Source: Calditrichota bacterium (GTDB lineage: Bacteria > Electryoneota > AABM5-125-24 > Hatepunaeales > Hatepunaeaceae). Taken from it: DNA of 64,000 nt. A model generated the notes under the pieces. It was not told where the DNA came from. It made no database searches and saw nothing but the letters and a program-made list of their open reading frames with translations. The DNA lies in the NCBI GenBank assembly GCA_018644935.1, contig JABGPL010000007.1, positions 700 through 64,699 of the forward strand. The letters run 5' to 3'. Positions 1-8,251 of this stretch are shown here, piece after piece. Position numbers and translations under genes: made by a program. Each line of letters begins with the position of its first letter. The first letter of the stretch is position 1.

Positions 1-196
1 CTTGTTGGGAATAAACGCAAGGTCTGTCAGCCATCCTGGAATGGGAGTCTTGAGGTCACAACCCCTCGAATTACTGGAGGGGATGAGGACAAATTCAGAT
101 GCGGAAGGTGAGAAAATTTATATTCCGTCCGCAAAATAAATAAATAACCAATTGTTCGTGCAATTATGTACACTATACAAAACAAATGAGGTAAGT

Positions 197-637
197 ATGT
201 CTTCACAATTTAATATTGACAACTCCGGAATCGGAGGAACACCCTTTTTAACCTTCTCGGTAGATACGTCTGCCACGAAAGATTTCACCCAAACAGATAT
301 CGATAACAACCTGACCGCCTGCGTAATCTCCGCCAATAATGAAGTTGGCATGGGCATTGATGGAGGCAAACTCTTCGGCAAGGTCGTCTGGGTTTCTCAG
401 GAGCTGGTTTCAGGAACTACTGTTCCGGCTCTTTGCGCTGTTCAGGCTCGAGGAGTCGCTCGTTTCAAGTATGTTGCAACTACTCCCGTGATCAACCAGA
501 TGGTCGAGTGTGATGGAGCTGGCAAGGTCAAGCAGGCAATTGCAGATGCTGACATTGCAGCTGGTGGACATTTGATGCGAGGTCAGGTTATCGCAGTTGA
601 TGTAACCAATAGCACATGCGATGTCTGGTTAGGGTAA
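197..637 (+). CDS. small beta-rich protein immediately upstream of the capsid-like gene (possible head decoration/accessory protein)
   Basis: ORF 152..637. The internal ATG at 197 is preceded by GAGG (aaatGAGGtaagtATG). I can name no motif; the assignment rests only on position in the phage module. Confidence 0.45.
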   Translation: MSSQFNIDNSGIGGTPFLTFSVDTSATKDFTQTDIDNNLTACVISANNEVGMGIDGGKLFGKVVWVSQELVSGTTVPALCAVQARGVARFKYVATTPVINQMVECDGAGKVKQAIADADIAAGGHLMRGQVIAVDVTNSTCDVWLG

Positions 638-750
638 TCTGAGCAGATGAGATGTTTGAGCATGTGGGTAAGTAGGATAGGCACTCCTGCCTGTCCCTCA
701 CGCGGAAGTGTGAATCATTGTAAATTAATGAATCCGTCTGCTGAAGGATG

Positions 751-776
751 GTCAAACAGGAATGTTTAACCTACCG
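751..776 (-). repeat. REP-like hairpin, GGAA-loop class (GTCAAACA-GGAA-TGTTTAAC + CTACCG)
   Basis: 8-bp stem with one mismatch and a GGAA loop, followed directly by CTAC (771-774). Related copies at 2097-2123, 29754-29779, 29849-29874 and 34475-34500. Confidence 0.7.
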
Positions 777-812
777 TTTCCTTTGGGCGTGTCATACAAT
801 AGTTGAAAGAAT

Positions 813-832
813 GTCAGGTGAAGACACCTGAC
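813..832. repeat. hairpin GTCAGGTG-AAGA-CACCTGAC (CAGGTG/CCTGAC class)
   Basis: Perfect 8-bp stem. Related CCTGAC-containing hairpins at 27584-27607 and 29785-29810. Confidence 0.6.
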
Positions 833-920
833 AACACTTGTGATTTGGTGACACTAAACAACAAACGCAATATGAATAACTTAAAAATAACAGAAGGTCT
901 AATCTTCAAATGGAGAAAGT

Positions 921-1985
921 ATGGAATTAGTTAACGAAAATACCGCAAAACTTAAGGAGCTGATCACAGGACATTCCCGGTCTGGTAATCTGGCTCTTTA
1001 TTCAGAAGCTACGGAGCAGCAAATGTCGTTCACGGAGCTTATTGAACAAATTGATCCCACCGAACCAGACAGCAAATTGGATGCGTTCGAGCGGCAGCTC
1101 ATGGCGCATGGAATTGTCACTGAAGGTAAGCGTGCCATCAGTATGGAGCAATTCTTCGTTGGAGGCGGTTTGATTTTGCTGCCTGAATATATCTTGCGTG
1201 AAGTACAGCGAGGATACAAGATGGTGCAGGATCCGACCGAACTTGTCGCTTCAACAGTCTACGAATCCGGACCAACTGTGCGTCCGATCTACGTCAAAAC
1301 AACCAATGCACAGAAATCACTTGCTAAACGCGGGAGTGGTGGCGGCAGCGCGTACCCGCGTGTTGAGCTTCTATACCGCAACAAAGAGGCTGAAATAATT
1401 GACCGTGGCAGGCAGTTTGATTTTTCATACCGGGTCGTCAGGAACCAGAAGCTGACTGAGTTTCGGGTGTTCCTGTGGTGGATCGGTGCTCAGATGGCTT
1501 ATGATGAAATTGATGACATCTACAACATCATCGTCAATGGGGATGGAACTTCCCCAGCAGCAACGGATGTATTCAACGGGGAAGCCGGGACCTTCGCATA
1601 TTCGGATATGGTGCATATGGCAATGGCTTTCGATATGCCAGCGCATATGACGCACATCCTTGGATTAGGAACAGATATTGAGACGATAATCAATCTGTCC
1701 CAATTCCAGAATCCGGATACATGGCGAGCATCGGAGATATTCCAACGCACCGGAGATTACAGGTCCTTCCTGCCGGTGAATGCCGGGTTGGTGGTAGCTC
1801 CAAATGCTACATCAACCAAGCTGGTTGGACTTGATGCCAGATTTAGCATTCGGGAAACGGTTTCGCAACCAATTATGATCGAGGCAGAGAAAGTGATCAA
1901 TCAGAAGCTTGAATCGGCAGTTGTTTCAAAGGAATCTGTTTACACGATTATGGTGGATGGAGCAGCTAAGGTTTCGGATTATTAG
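921..1985 (+). CDS. phage major capsid protein-like (HK97-fold size class)
   Basis: 354-aa ORF in a module with terminase, portal, prohead protease and endolysin. Size and composition are typical of an MCP. I can verify no diagnostic motif by eye. Confidence 0.55.
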   Translation: MELVNENTAKLKELITGHSRSGNLALYSEATEQQMSFTELIEQIDPTEPDSKLDAFERQLMAHGIVTEGKRAISMEQFFVGGGLILLPEYILREVQRGYKMVQDPTELVASTVYESGPTVRPIYVKTTNAQKSLAKRGSGGGSAYPRVELLYRNKEAEIIDRGRQFDFSYRVVRNQKLTEFRVFLWWIGAQMAYDEIDDIYNIIVNGDGTSPAATDVFNGEAGTFAYSDMVHMAMAFDMPAHMTHILGLGTDIETIINLSQFQNPDTWRASEIFQRTGDYRSFLPVNAGLVVAPNATSTKLVGLDARFSIRETVSQPIMIEAEKVINQKLESAVVSKESVYTIMVDGAAKVSDY

Positions 1986-2079
1986 TCTCATGCATTGATG
2001 AAAATCGCATCTTCAGTAGTGTAAGCATTCTTGCTTGCACATTCCGAGAAGTGGGAACCAACGATAAGAGACAATCAGA

Positions 2080-2123
2080 ATCCTGCTTTGCAGGATGTCA
2101 AACAGGAATGTTTGACATACCGG
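2080..2123 (-). repeat. two adjacent REP-like hairpins (ATCCTGC-TTT-GCAGGAT, then GTCAAACA-GGAA-TGTTTGAC + ATACCGG)
   Basis: Perfect 7-bp and 8-bp stems read directly. The same two-hairpin arrangement occurs at 731-776, 29735-29779 and 34458-34500. Confidence 0.7.
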
Positions 2124-2230
2124 TTTTGTGATTTCTAAAAAAGGAAATCTTCCCCGGAGTGATAAACGGACAACAATTATCAGGAGGTTCTGAATTCATT
2201 CCGGGGGGGAAAGAATTAGGGGTGAATAAA

Positions 2231-2254
2231 GGGCGAATAATTATTCGCCCCTAC
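2231..2254 (-). repeat. REP-like hairpin, GGGCGAAT class (GGGCGAATAA|TTATTCGCCC + CTAC)
   Basis: Perfect 10-bp palindrome followed directly by CTAC. Copies at 5112-5135 and 7325-7348, plus a degenerate copy at 27438-27457. Confidence 0.75.
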
Positions 2255-2307
2255 AGTACGTAGAATGACAGTTTGGAATATGGATTAATAATAACGTTGG
2301 AAATATA

Positions 2308-2673
2308 ATGTCAATAAACAAAACATTTAACTATTTGCTTACCCAAAAGCAGGAGACGATAATTTGCTTTTCTGCTCAAGTTACAACAGGATCAACATAT
2401 ATGAAGGGTCCCGGTGGCGAGGCTGGAGATGGATTTCCAATGCCGCGAAAGGCTCGAGTGTATCGAGTTGATTGCTGGGATGGGTCCACCTTGAAGAGTA
2501 AATCGGACAATGTTGTATTCAATCAAGGGGAGCGACTCTCTGTTTATGTCACTGATACGGGACTTAACTATGATGTTGCGGTTCGCAATAATGGGGTGGT
2601 TACTGCTCTGGTTGCAAGCGGGACGAATCAGAATTGCACACTCTGGGTGACGGTGCATTTGAGGTTGGTTTAA
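2308..2673 (+). CDS. hypothetical protein (phage module)
   Basis: 121-aa ORF co-oriented with the module. The RBS is weak and no motif is recognised. Confidence 0.4.
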   Translation: MSINKTFNYLLTQKQETIICFSAQVTTGSTYMKGPGGEAGDGFPMPRKARVYRVDCWDGSTLKSKSDNVVFNQGERLSVYVTDTGLNYDVAVRNNGVVTALVASGTNQNCTLWVTVHLRLV

Positions 2674-2860
2674 GAGATTGGTTCGAACCGAACGTACATG
2701 AAATGTGGCTTGGAGTACTTGATGCCCAAGTATCTTTACCAGAATATTTATTGTGTGATTTTTGAATTTAACACACTAAATGTCACGTAAGGAATCCCGG
2801 GCAATAAATAGCCCGGGGCACACAGGTGGGATAATAGCAAAAATATAAAGGAGTATTATT

Positions 2861-3706
2861 ATGGGATGGACTGACGCAGACACTGTGCGAAAGCACCTTT
2901 TATCGCTCGATAATTTACCAACAGTTTTCAAGGACGTCGAGGTTAGTTTAGACTCAGCTGGAAAGGCATATCTTCCCCACCGTGGAATAGAATCAGGCAG
3001 CGCTCAGGTGAAAGTTCTAAAGCAGCTACTACCGAATTCTCAATCTGGTGTTACTCTAAGTGGAGAAACATGGGTCGCTTTGAGTTATGACGATTTGGTA
3101 CCAGGGGAGATTGTGGTTGCTAGCGACGATGGGTTGGGTACAGCATACCAGTTGGACTCTGACTACTGTTTCAATCCTGCGGATGGGAAACTCAGGCGGA
3201 TTTCAGGAGGATCAATAAGTGATGGAGCATCGGTAGAGGTTTATTATAAGAGATATGAAGTCAAAACTGCAGTCGTTGATTTTACTATTGACCTCAGCAC
3301 TGGAGTGATAACTCGGGTTCCTACGGGAGATTTGGAGATTGAAACCAACATTTATGTTGATTATGAGATCTCGGATGCTTCCGCTGTCGACGAGTTGATG
3401 ACAGAAGCACTGACTGAAGCTGAGAATAAGATACTTGGTCTTCTGAAGAGTGAGTACACAATTGAGTCTTCAGATCGGGGATTGATTACTGGAGCTACAG
3501 AACTGACGCTGTCGATTATATGCCGTGGTTTGGCAATGCGAGCGCTTTCCGATGGCAGAACTGCTGCGGAAGGCAGGTCGCGGGCATGGCGAAATCTTTC
3601 ACAGCAATATGAAAGTCAGGCTTGGATAACTCTTCAGTCATTCCTAGCTGTACATATTCCAACCGGAGGGACGACACAGGGCAATTCTAATTGGGAATGG
3701 CAGTGA
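2861..3706 (+). CDS. hypothetical phage protein (overlaps the terminase start; adaptor or packaging accessory role possible)
   Basis: 281-aa ORF with AAGGAG 7 nt upstream of the ATG. Its 3' end overlaps the terL start by 16 nt, which suggests translational coupling. Confidence 0.6.
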   Translation: MGWTDADTVRKHLLSLDNLPTVFKDVEVSLDSAGKAYLPHRGIESGSAQVKVLKQLLPNSQSGVTLSGETWVALSYDDLVPGEIVVASDDGLGTAYQLDSDYCFNPADGKLRRISGGSISDGASVEVYYKRYEVKTAVVDFTIDLSTGVITRVPTGDLEIETNIYVDYEISDASAVDELMTEALTEAENKILGLLKSEYTIESSDRGLITGATELTLSIICRGLAMRALSDGRTAAEGRSRAWRNLSQQYESQAWITLQSFLAVHIPTGGTTQGNSNWEWQ

Positions 3707-5052
3707 GCAAAACCGGTAAAAAAAGCAGAGACGTTCAGCAGCACATTGCTTTTGATTGGCTTGCCGAGAATATTCGTACGCTCGATGCAACCCGTGGGAT
3801 CATTCCTTTTCCTCAATATCCATTCTTAAGGGAGTTGATATCAGCGTTGGAGGAGAACAGGATTCTGATTGTTGCAAAATCAAGACAGATGCTGGCAACC
3901 TGGACGATTTGCGCCTACACAGTCTACCGTTTGCTCCATCATAAACCGGGGATATATCTTCTGTTGTCAAAAGGTGGTCGTGATACAACTGAGTTGCTGA
4001 AGCGCATGAGGGTAATGATCAGCAATCTCGACGAGGAATATCGGGAACGCCTCACGGTGAAAGCATCGGAAATTGTTTGTGACAACGGCGGGAGAATAAT
4101 TGCCTTGCCTGCAACTGAGGACGCGGTACGTATGCATTCTCCGACTGGAGTATTCTGGGACGAGATGGCATTTACACCATACGCAGAGGCGATCTGGACT
4201 TCGGCGAAACCTGCCATAGATTCCGGAGGCAGCTTCATTGGTGTATCAACTCCAAACGGAACCGATAATATCTTCTACGAGCTTTTTACCGATCAGAAGA
4301 ATGGCTTCGGAAAGCATAAAATGCACTATTCTCGACACCCCGACCGTGATGGAAAATGGAAGCGGGAGGCACAGCGAGGATTGTCTGAAACTAAATGGAA
4401 ACAAGAGTATGAAATTGACTTCGATGTGTTGGAGAATAGAGTCTATTCGGAGTTTGCGCCAGATCTGCATGTTCTGAATAAATCCTATATATGGGATAAA
4501 AACAAAGGCAGAACGCTTCGTGGGATAGACTTTGGCTATCGGCATCCATTTATAATCTGGGCGCAGTTATCTCCCGACGGGATACTGACGGTTTTTGATG
4601 AATGGGAAGGGCATAACGCCACTATCGAGGATTTGGCGATGGCGATGCACAGGATTGATAAACGTCATGGGATAAAAGAAACTGATGTTTATCGCACAGG
4701 TTGCGATCCTGCTGGAGCAGCGAAGTCGGATGTGGGGATTTCTCCCGTTGAGAGGTTGTTGCGTCAGGAAATCAAACTCGTTTACAGAAGCTCCGAGATA
4801 ATGACTGGAGTTGATTTAGTGAAGTCATTTCTCAAAGATGCCACTGGACATGTCAGTTTGAAGTTCTCACCCAATGTAAAGCGGACGTTATATCATCTGC
4901 ATCATTACCGTTGGGATAGCGGGATTGACAAGCCTCTCAAGGATGATGAACATGATCACGCGATGGACGCTCTGAGGTATATGATCATCAATAACTTCTG
5001 GTGTGACAGAAAATCCTGGACAGGGGCGAAGGTGGCTGGAGCGCAGTGGTAG
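3691..5052 (+). CDS. terL: terminase large subunit
   Basis: Deviant Walker A of the KxRQxxxT type (VAKSRQMLATWT). Walker B is VFWDEMAF. The C-terminal nuclease-like half has DFGY and HDHAMDALRY. Length 453 aa. Confidence 0.85.
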   Translation: MGMAVSKTGKKSRDVQQHIAFDWLAENIRTLDATRGIIPFPQYPFLRELISALEENRILIVAKSRQMLATWTICAYTVYRLLHHKPGIYLLLSKGGRDTTELLKRMRVMISNLDEEYRERLTVKASEIVCDNGGRIIALPATEDAVRMHSPTGVFWDEMAFTPYAEAIWTSAKPAIDSGGSFIGVSTPNGTDNIFYELFTDQKNGFGKHKMHYSRHPDRDGKWKREAQRGLSETKWKQEYEIDFDVLENRVYSEFAPDLHVLNKSYIWDKNKGRTLRGIDFGYRHPFIIWAQLSPDGILTVFDEWEGHNATIEDLAMAMHRIDKRHGIKETDVYRTGCDPAGAAKSDVGISPVERLLRQEIKLVYRSSEIMTGVDLVKSFLKDATGHVSLKFSPNVKRTLYHLHHYRWDSGIDKPLKDDEHDHAMDALRYMIINNFWCDRKSWTGAKVAGAQW

Positions 5053-5111
5053 GGATTAACCGGATTTTGTATAGGGTGATATCATATGGTGACAATGGGT
5101 TAGTAGTGTAA

Positions 5112-5135
5112 GGGTGAATGATTATTCGCCCCTAC
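5112..5135 (-). repeat. REP-like hairpin, GGGCGAAT class (GGGTGAATGATTATTCGCCC + CTAC)
   Basis: Stem with G-T wobbles, followed by CTAC at 5132-5135. A second hairpin, CTTCAG-AATA-CTGAAG (5135-5150), comes immediately after. Confidence 0.7.
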
Positions 5136-5188
5136 TTCAGAATACTGAAGCTCAATAAATAATTAAATATAATCAAAGGAAACTAAAA

Positions 5189-6532
5189 ATGATCTTCTGG
5201 AAAAAGCGGAGAATGATCAAGGACAGCACTGTTGACGGATTGATCAAAATCCGAGGCGGAACGCGTCGTAATCTTAATCTATCAGCCCAGGTAAACACAA
5301 ATCCTTATGGACATAGAGCCTTTGTACCCCGTGGTCTAAACAGGCAGATGTTTGGAGTTGTAAATGGGGGTAAGGGAAGTGCCGGGCTCAATTATGATGG
5401 GTATAATCGAGGTGAATTTTATCGCTTTCTGCGTGACAACATTCCTATCATCAGTACTGGAATCTGGACCTGGGTGAGGTTGTGTGCTACAAGTATGACG
5501 CAACATATAGAGGGAGATAAGGAGCAACTCGCTAAAGCGGAGATACAACTGTCTGAACTTGAGCATAGATTGCTCGAGGCTCCTTATGGAAGGGGCTCCG
5601 GTTTGATGAAACTGACCGAGGCTTATTATCTTGAGCTGTTCACCACCGGAAAATTTGCAGGGGAAGTTATACTCACCGAGGATGGCAAATCCATTGATCA
5701 TTTCAAGTTTATTGATCCCTATTTAGTTGGTTGGGAATACTCGGATGATTGCTGGCTGCCCTTTGTCAGAAACCTCGAGACTGAAGAAATGGAACCGGTT
5801 GATCCAGACAGGTTTTTTTATAGCACACTGGGGATAGATCTCTCAAATCCAGGTGGGGGTGAACCGCTGGCTTCGATTCCATTTGTCGTTGAAATTGAGC
5901 AGTTGATGCTTGAAGATATGGCAAGGTCGAGTCATAATGCCGGGACTCCGCGACTTCAGGTGAAGATTACCCGTCCCGAGAGGAACTCATGGGAGGGAGA
6001 TGAACAGTATTCGGGTCGTGCTAATACGTACTTCCGTGATGTCCTCAATGAATTCAAGAACCTAGAACCGGATGACAACATTTTCACCTGGTCAGATGTC
6101 GAGGTAACAGTTGTAGGTGGAAACGGAAACGGCACAGATTGGCGGCTAAATCGGGAACAAGTTATTGAGGACGTCATTACAGGCTTGAAGCTGTTCCCAT
6201 GGATATTGGGAAGATCGCATAAAACAACCAAGAACTGGGTACAATGTCAGTTTGATTTGCTGATGCAAATGGCGAGTGCTCACCAGAAGTCTGGGACAGA
6301 TTTGATCGATTGGCTCTGCAACCTGCAATTGCATCTGCAAAACATAGATGCTGATGTGTGTCATGTATTTGAGCAACTTCCGGATCCGTTCAGACTCGAA
6401 CGTGCACGTGCCGAGAAGCAGGAACTAGAGAACATCGACTTCAAGGTCAACCGCGGGTATATCTCGAAGGATGATGGAGCGGTTGCGATGGGTTTAACCG
6501 AATCATATAATTCTGAATCAGTGGAGGGATAA
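5189..6532 (+). CDS. phage portal protein-like
   Basis: 447-aa ORF directly downstream of terL and directly upstream of a prohead-protease-like gene (stop 6532, next ATG 6534). Called on size and position only. Confidence 0.55.
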   Translation: MIFWKKRRMIKDSTVDGLIKIRGGTRRNLNLSAQVNTNPYGHRAFVPRGLNRQMFGVVNGGKGSAGLNYDGYNRGEFYRFLRDNIPIISTGIWTWVRLCATSMTQHIEGDKEQLAKAEIQLSELEHRLLEAPYGRGSGLMKLTEAYYLELFTTGKFAGEVILTEDGKSIDHFKFIDPYLVGWEYSDDCWLPFVRNLETEEMEPVDPDRFFYSTLGIDLSNPGGGEPLASIPFVVEIEQLMLEDMARSSHNAGTPRLQVKITRPERNSWEGDEQYSGRANTYFRDVLNEFKNLEPDDNIFTWSDVEVTVVGGNGNGTDWRLNREQVIEDVITGLKLFPWILGRSHKTTKNWVQCQFDLLMQMASAHQKSGTDLIDWLCNLQLHLQNIDADVCHVFEQLPDPFRLERARAEKQELENIDFKVNRGYISKDDGAVAMGLTESYNSESVEG

Positions 6533-6533
6533 A

Positions 6534-7232
6534 ATGGAATGGATACACAGGGAACTATCCGGGATTTTACTCCCGGAGCCAGCCAAAATAACAGATGACG
6601 ATATCGGAGCGATAAACAACCTGCCCAATCCGCCGTTGACTCCGGTTACAGCCCGGGAGATTCACGTTAGAAAATGTCGGCTCGCCGGGGATGGAATGGA
6701 TGCAGGATTTGGAAGATTTCGCACCGATGATTTGCCCAGGCTGCTCGAACTTGTAGCTGGAGCTCCAGCTCTGATAGGACACAGACGGGACACACTCGGC
6801 GTTGCGAGGTTTTATGGCGGAGAATTGTGGCAGGACCCAAACACAGAAATTACATACATAGTGCCGAAATTCTATTGGATACGTGCGCATTCGGCAAGCG
6901 AAGATTTGCGTATCTGCATTGACGGTGGAATATACAGCGAAGCCTCGCTTGGTTTCACGTTCCGCACTCCGACTTGTTCAATCTGCGAGGGTGATATCAG
7001 ACGATGTGACCACATGCCCGGCAGGGAATACGAGGATGTGACCTGCTTCTATTACTACGATGAGGTGCTGAGAGTTACGGAAGGATCTTTCGTTTATAGA
7101 GGAGCTCAGCCAGGAACCGGATTTACGCTCAATCACCCTGAAACTCAGCACTCCCAATGGGCAGGGAATCCTCGTTTTCGATATCAGGGAGTGTGGTATC
7201 GTGGATTCCCGGAGAAGTTGTTACAATCGTAG
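6534..7232 (+). CDS. prohead serine protease-like (HK97/S78-type) with a C-terminal Cys/His cluster
   Basis: PALIGHRRD...LGVARF and IYSEASLGFTF resemble the His and Ser (SxGF) boxes of S78 prohead proteases. These are followed by CSICEGDIRRCDH. Confidence 0.5.
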   Translation: MEWIHRELSGILLPEPAKITDDDIGAINNLPNPPLTPVTAREIHVRKCRLAGDGMDAGFGRFRTDDLPRLLELVAGAPALIGHRRDTLGVARFYGGELWQDPNTEITYIVPKFYWIRAHSASEDLRICIDGGIYSEASLGFTFRTPTCSICEGDIRRCDHMPGREYEDVTCFYYYDEVLRVTEGSFVYRGAQPGTGFTLNHPETQHSQWAGNPRFRYQGVWYRGFPEKLLQS

Positions 7233-7262
7233 GGGTTGAATATCTTCAATCCTTAATCCGGA

Positions 7263-7318
7263 GTAGCGAAGCCATGCTTCGTGCCATTTGAATTAAACGC
7301 GAAGCAAGGCATCGCTAC
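7263..7318. repeat. inverted REP doublet (GTAGCGAAGCCATGCTTCG ... CGAAGCAAGGCATCGCTAC)
   Basis: Starts with GTAG (7263-7266) and ends with CTAC (7315-7318). The arms are imperfect reverse complements, and each arm has its own small stem. Confidence 0.65.
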
Positions 7319-7324
7319 GCCGAC

Positions 7325-7348
7325 GGGCGAATGGTTATTCGCCCCTAC
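7325..7348 (-). repeat. REP-like hairpin, GGGCGAAT class (GGGCGAATGGTTATTCGCCC + CTAC)
   Basis: Same class as 2231-2254. CTAC at 7345-7348. Confidence 0.7.
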
Positions 7349-7378
7349 AATTTGCAGACAAAACGGAGGACCAATTAA

Positions 7379-7576
7379 TTGACAGATCAATTAGACAGAA
7401 TCGAAAACCGCGTTAACGAAATTTATACAGCCATACATGGTAACAGTGTACCGGGTTTGAAAACCCTCGTCGACAGAAATACTAATTTCCGAATGACGAT
7501 TTCAAAGCTGATATGGATTCTGATTACACCATTGTATGGTGTGTTGATCGGATTGTTGATTAAGAATCTGTTTTAG
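7379..7576 (+). CDS. small tail-anchored membrane protein (holin candidate)
   Basis: TTG start with GGAGG 9 nt upstream. 65 aa with one C-terminal TM segment (LIWILITPLYGVLIGLLI). Lies directly upstream of the endolysin. Confidence 0.4.
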   Translation: MTDQLDRIENRVNEIYTAIHGNSVPGLKTLVDRNTNFRMTISKLIWILITPLYGVLIGLLIKNLF

Positions 7577-7583
7577 GACATCG

Positions 7584-7653
7584 CCCTGACCCTTGAGGTC
7601 AAGGAAGACAAACTTAGATCAATTCAATCCCCGACCGCAAGGGTCAGGGCTAC
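7584..7653. repeat. pair of CCCTGACC/GGTCAGGG-class hairpins
   Basis: CCCTGACC-CTTGA-GGTCAAGG (7584-7604) and CCCCGACC-GCAAG-GGTCAGGG + CTAC (7629-7653). Confidence 0.6.
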
Positions 7654-7672
7654 AAGTTAAGGAACAAATCTA

Positions 7673-8116
7673 ATGCGTGAAATAAATGAAATCATCCTCC
7701 ATTACTCATTTTCAGATTTCGGAAATGCGGCCTTAATCGACAGTTGGCACCGTGAGCGCGGTTGGTCGGGAATTGGATATCACTATGTTCTACTAAACCC
7801 CTATCCCGACGCGGAGAGTTTTTGTCTGCACCGTCCGCAATTCTGGCTGGATGGAGTTGTGGAGATTGGTCGTCCCCTACATGTTGTCGGGGCGCATACT
7901 TTTGGACGTAATACGAATTCAATCGGAATTTGTGTAATTGGGAAAGAGTTATTCACCTACCAGCAGTTCCAGTCTCTGGCAACCCTGATTTCCGATATTA
8001 GAGCTGATTATCCGGACATAAAACTCTACGGTCATTACGAATTTCAGGATTTAAAAAGACCGATACAATCCTGCCCGAATTTGGATATGGATTGGGTGCG
8101 GGAGATATTGGGATGA
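7673..8116 (+). CDS. N-acetylmuramoyl-L-alanine amidase (amidase_2 / T7-lysozyme-type endolysin)
   Basis: EIILHYS (Zn His), SGIGYHYVL, GAHTFGRNTNSIGICVIG and LYGHYEF...SCPNLD (His...Cys Zn ligands). Length 147 aa. Confidence 0.85.
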   Translation: MREINEIILHYSFSDFGNAALIDSWHRERGWSGIGYHYVLLNPYPDAESFCLHRPQFWLDGVVEIGRPLHVVGAHTFGRNTNSIGICVIGKELFTYQQFQSLATLISDIRADYPDIKLYGHYEFQDLKRPIQSCPNLDMDWVREILG

Positions 8117-8201
8117 TCGTCGGTTTCTCCCATCCCTGTGAAATAGTGGGGAACAAAAGGGGGGTAAGTCTTGCAAGACTTTTTGTGTAAACACCTGATC
8201 C

Positions 8202-8247
8202 AACAAGTTATTCTGGCAGACGAGGGCGTCTGCCAGAATAACTTGTT
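8202..8247. terminator. perfect 21-bp-stem palindrome between convergent genes (candidate bidirectional terminator)
   Basis: AACAAGTTATTCTGGCAGACG-AGGG-CGTCTGCCAGAATAACTTGTT. It lies between the endolysin stop (8116) and the C25 gene stop (8252). The core GGCAGACG is shared with hairpins at 48236-48298. Confidence 0.5.
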
Positions 8248-8251
8248 TATC

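Noticed and set aside
1-111. Open frame 1 running to a TGA at 109-111 (possible 3' end of an off-window gene)
   Set aside because: Only 36 codons are visible, there is no motif, and the frame contains a hairpin (CCCCTC...GAGGGG, 61-81). It cannot be supported.
1-8251. Integrase, att sites or a tRNA integration target for the phage module
   Set aside because: None is visible within the window. The left boundary is off-window, so prophage completeness cannot be judged.
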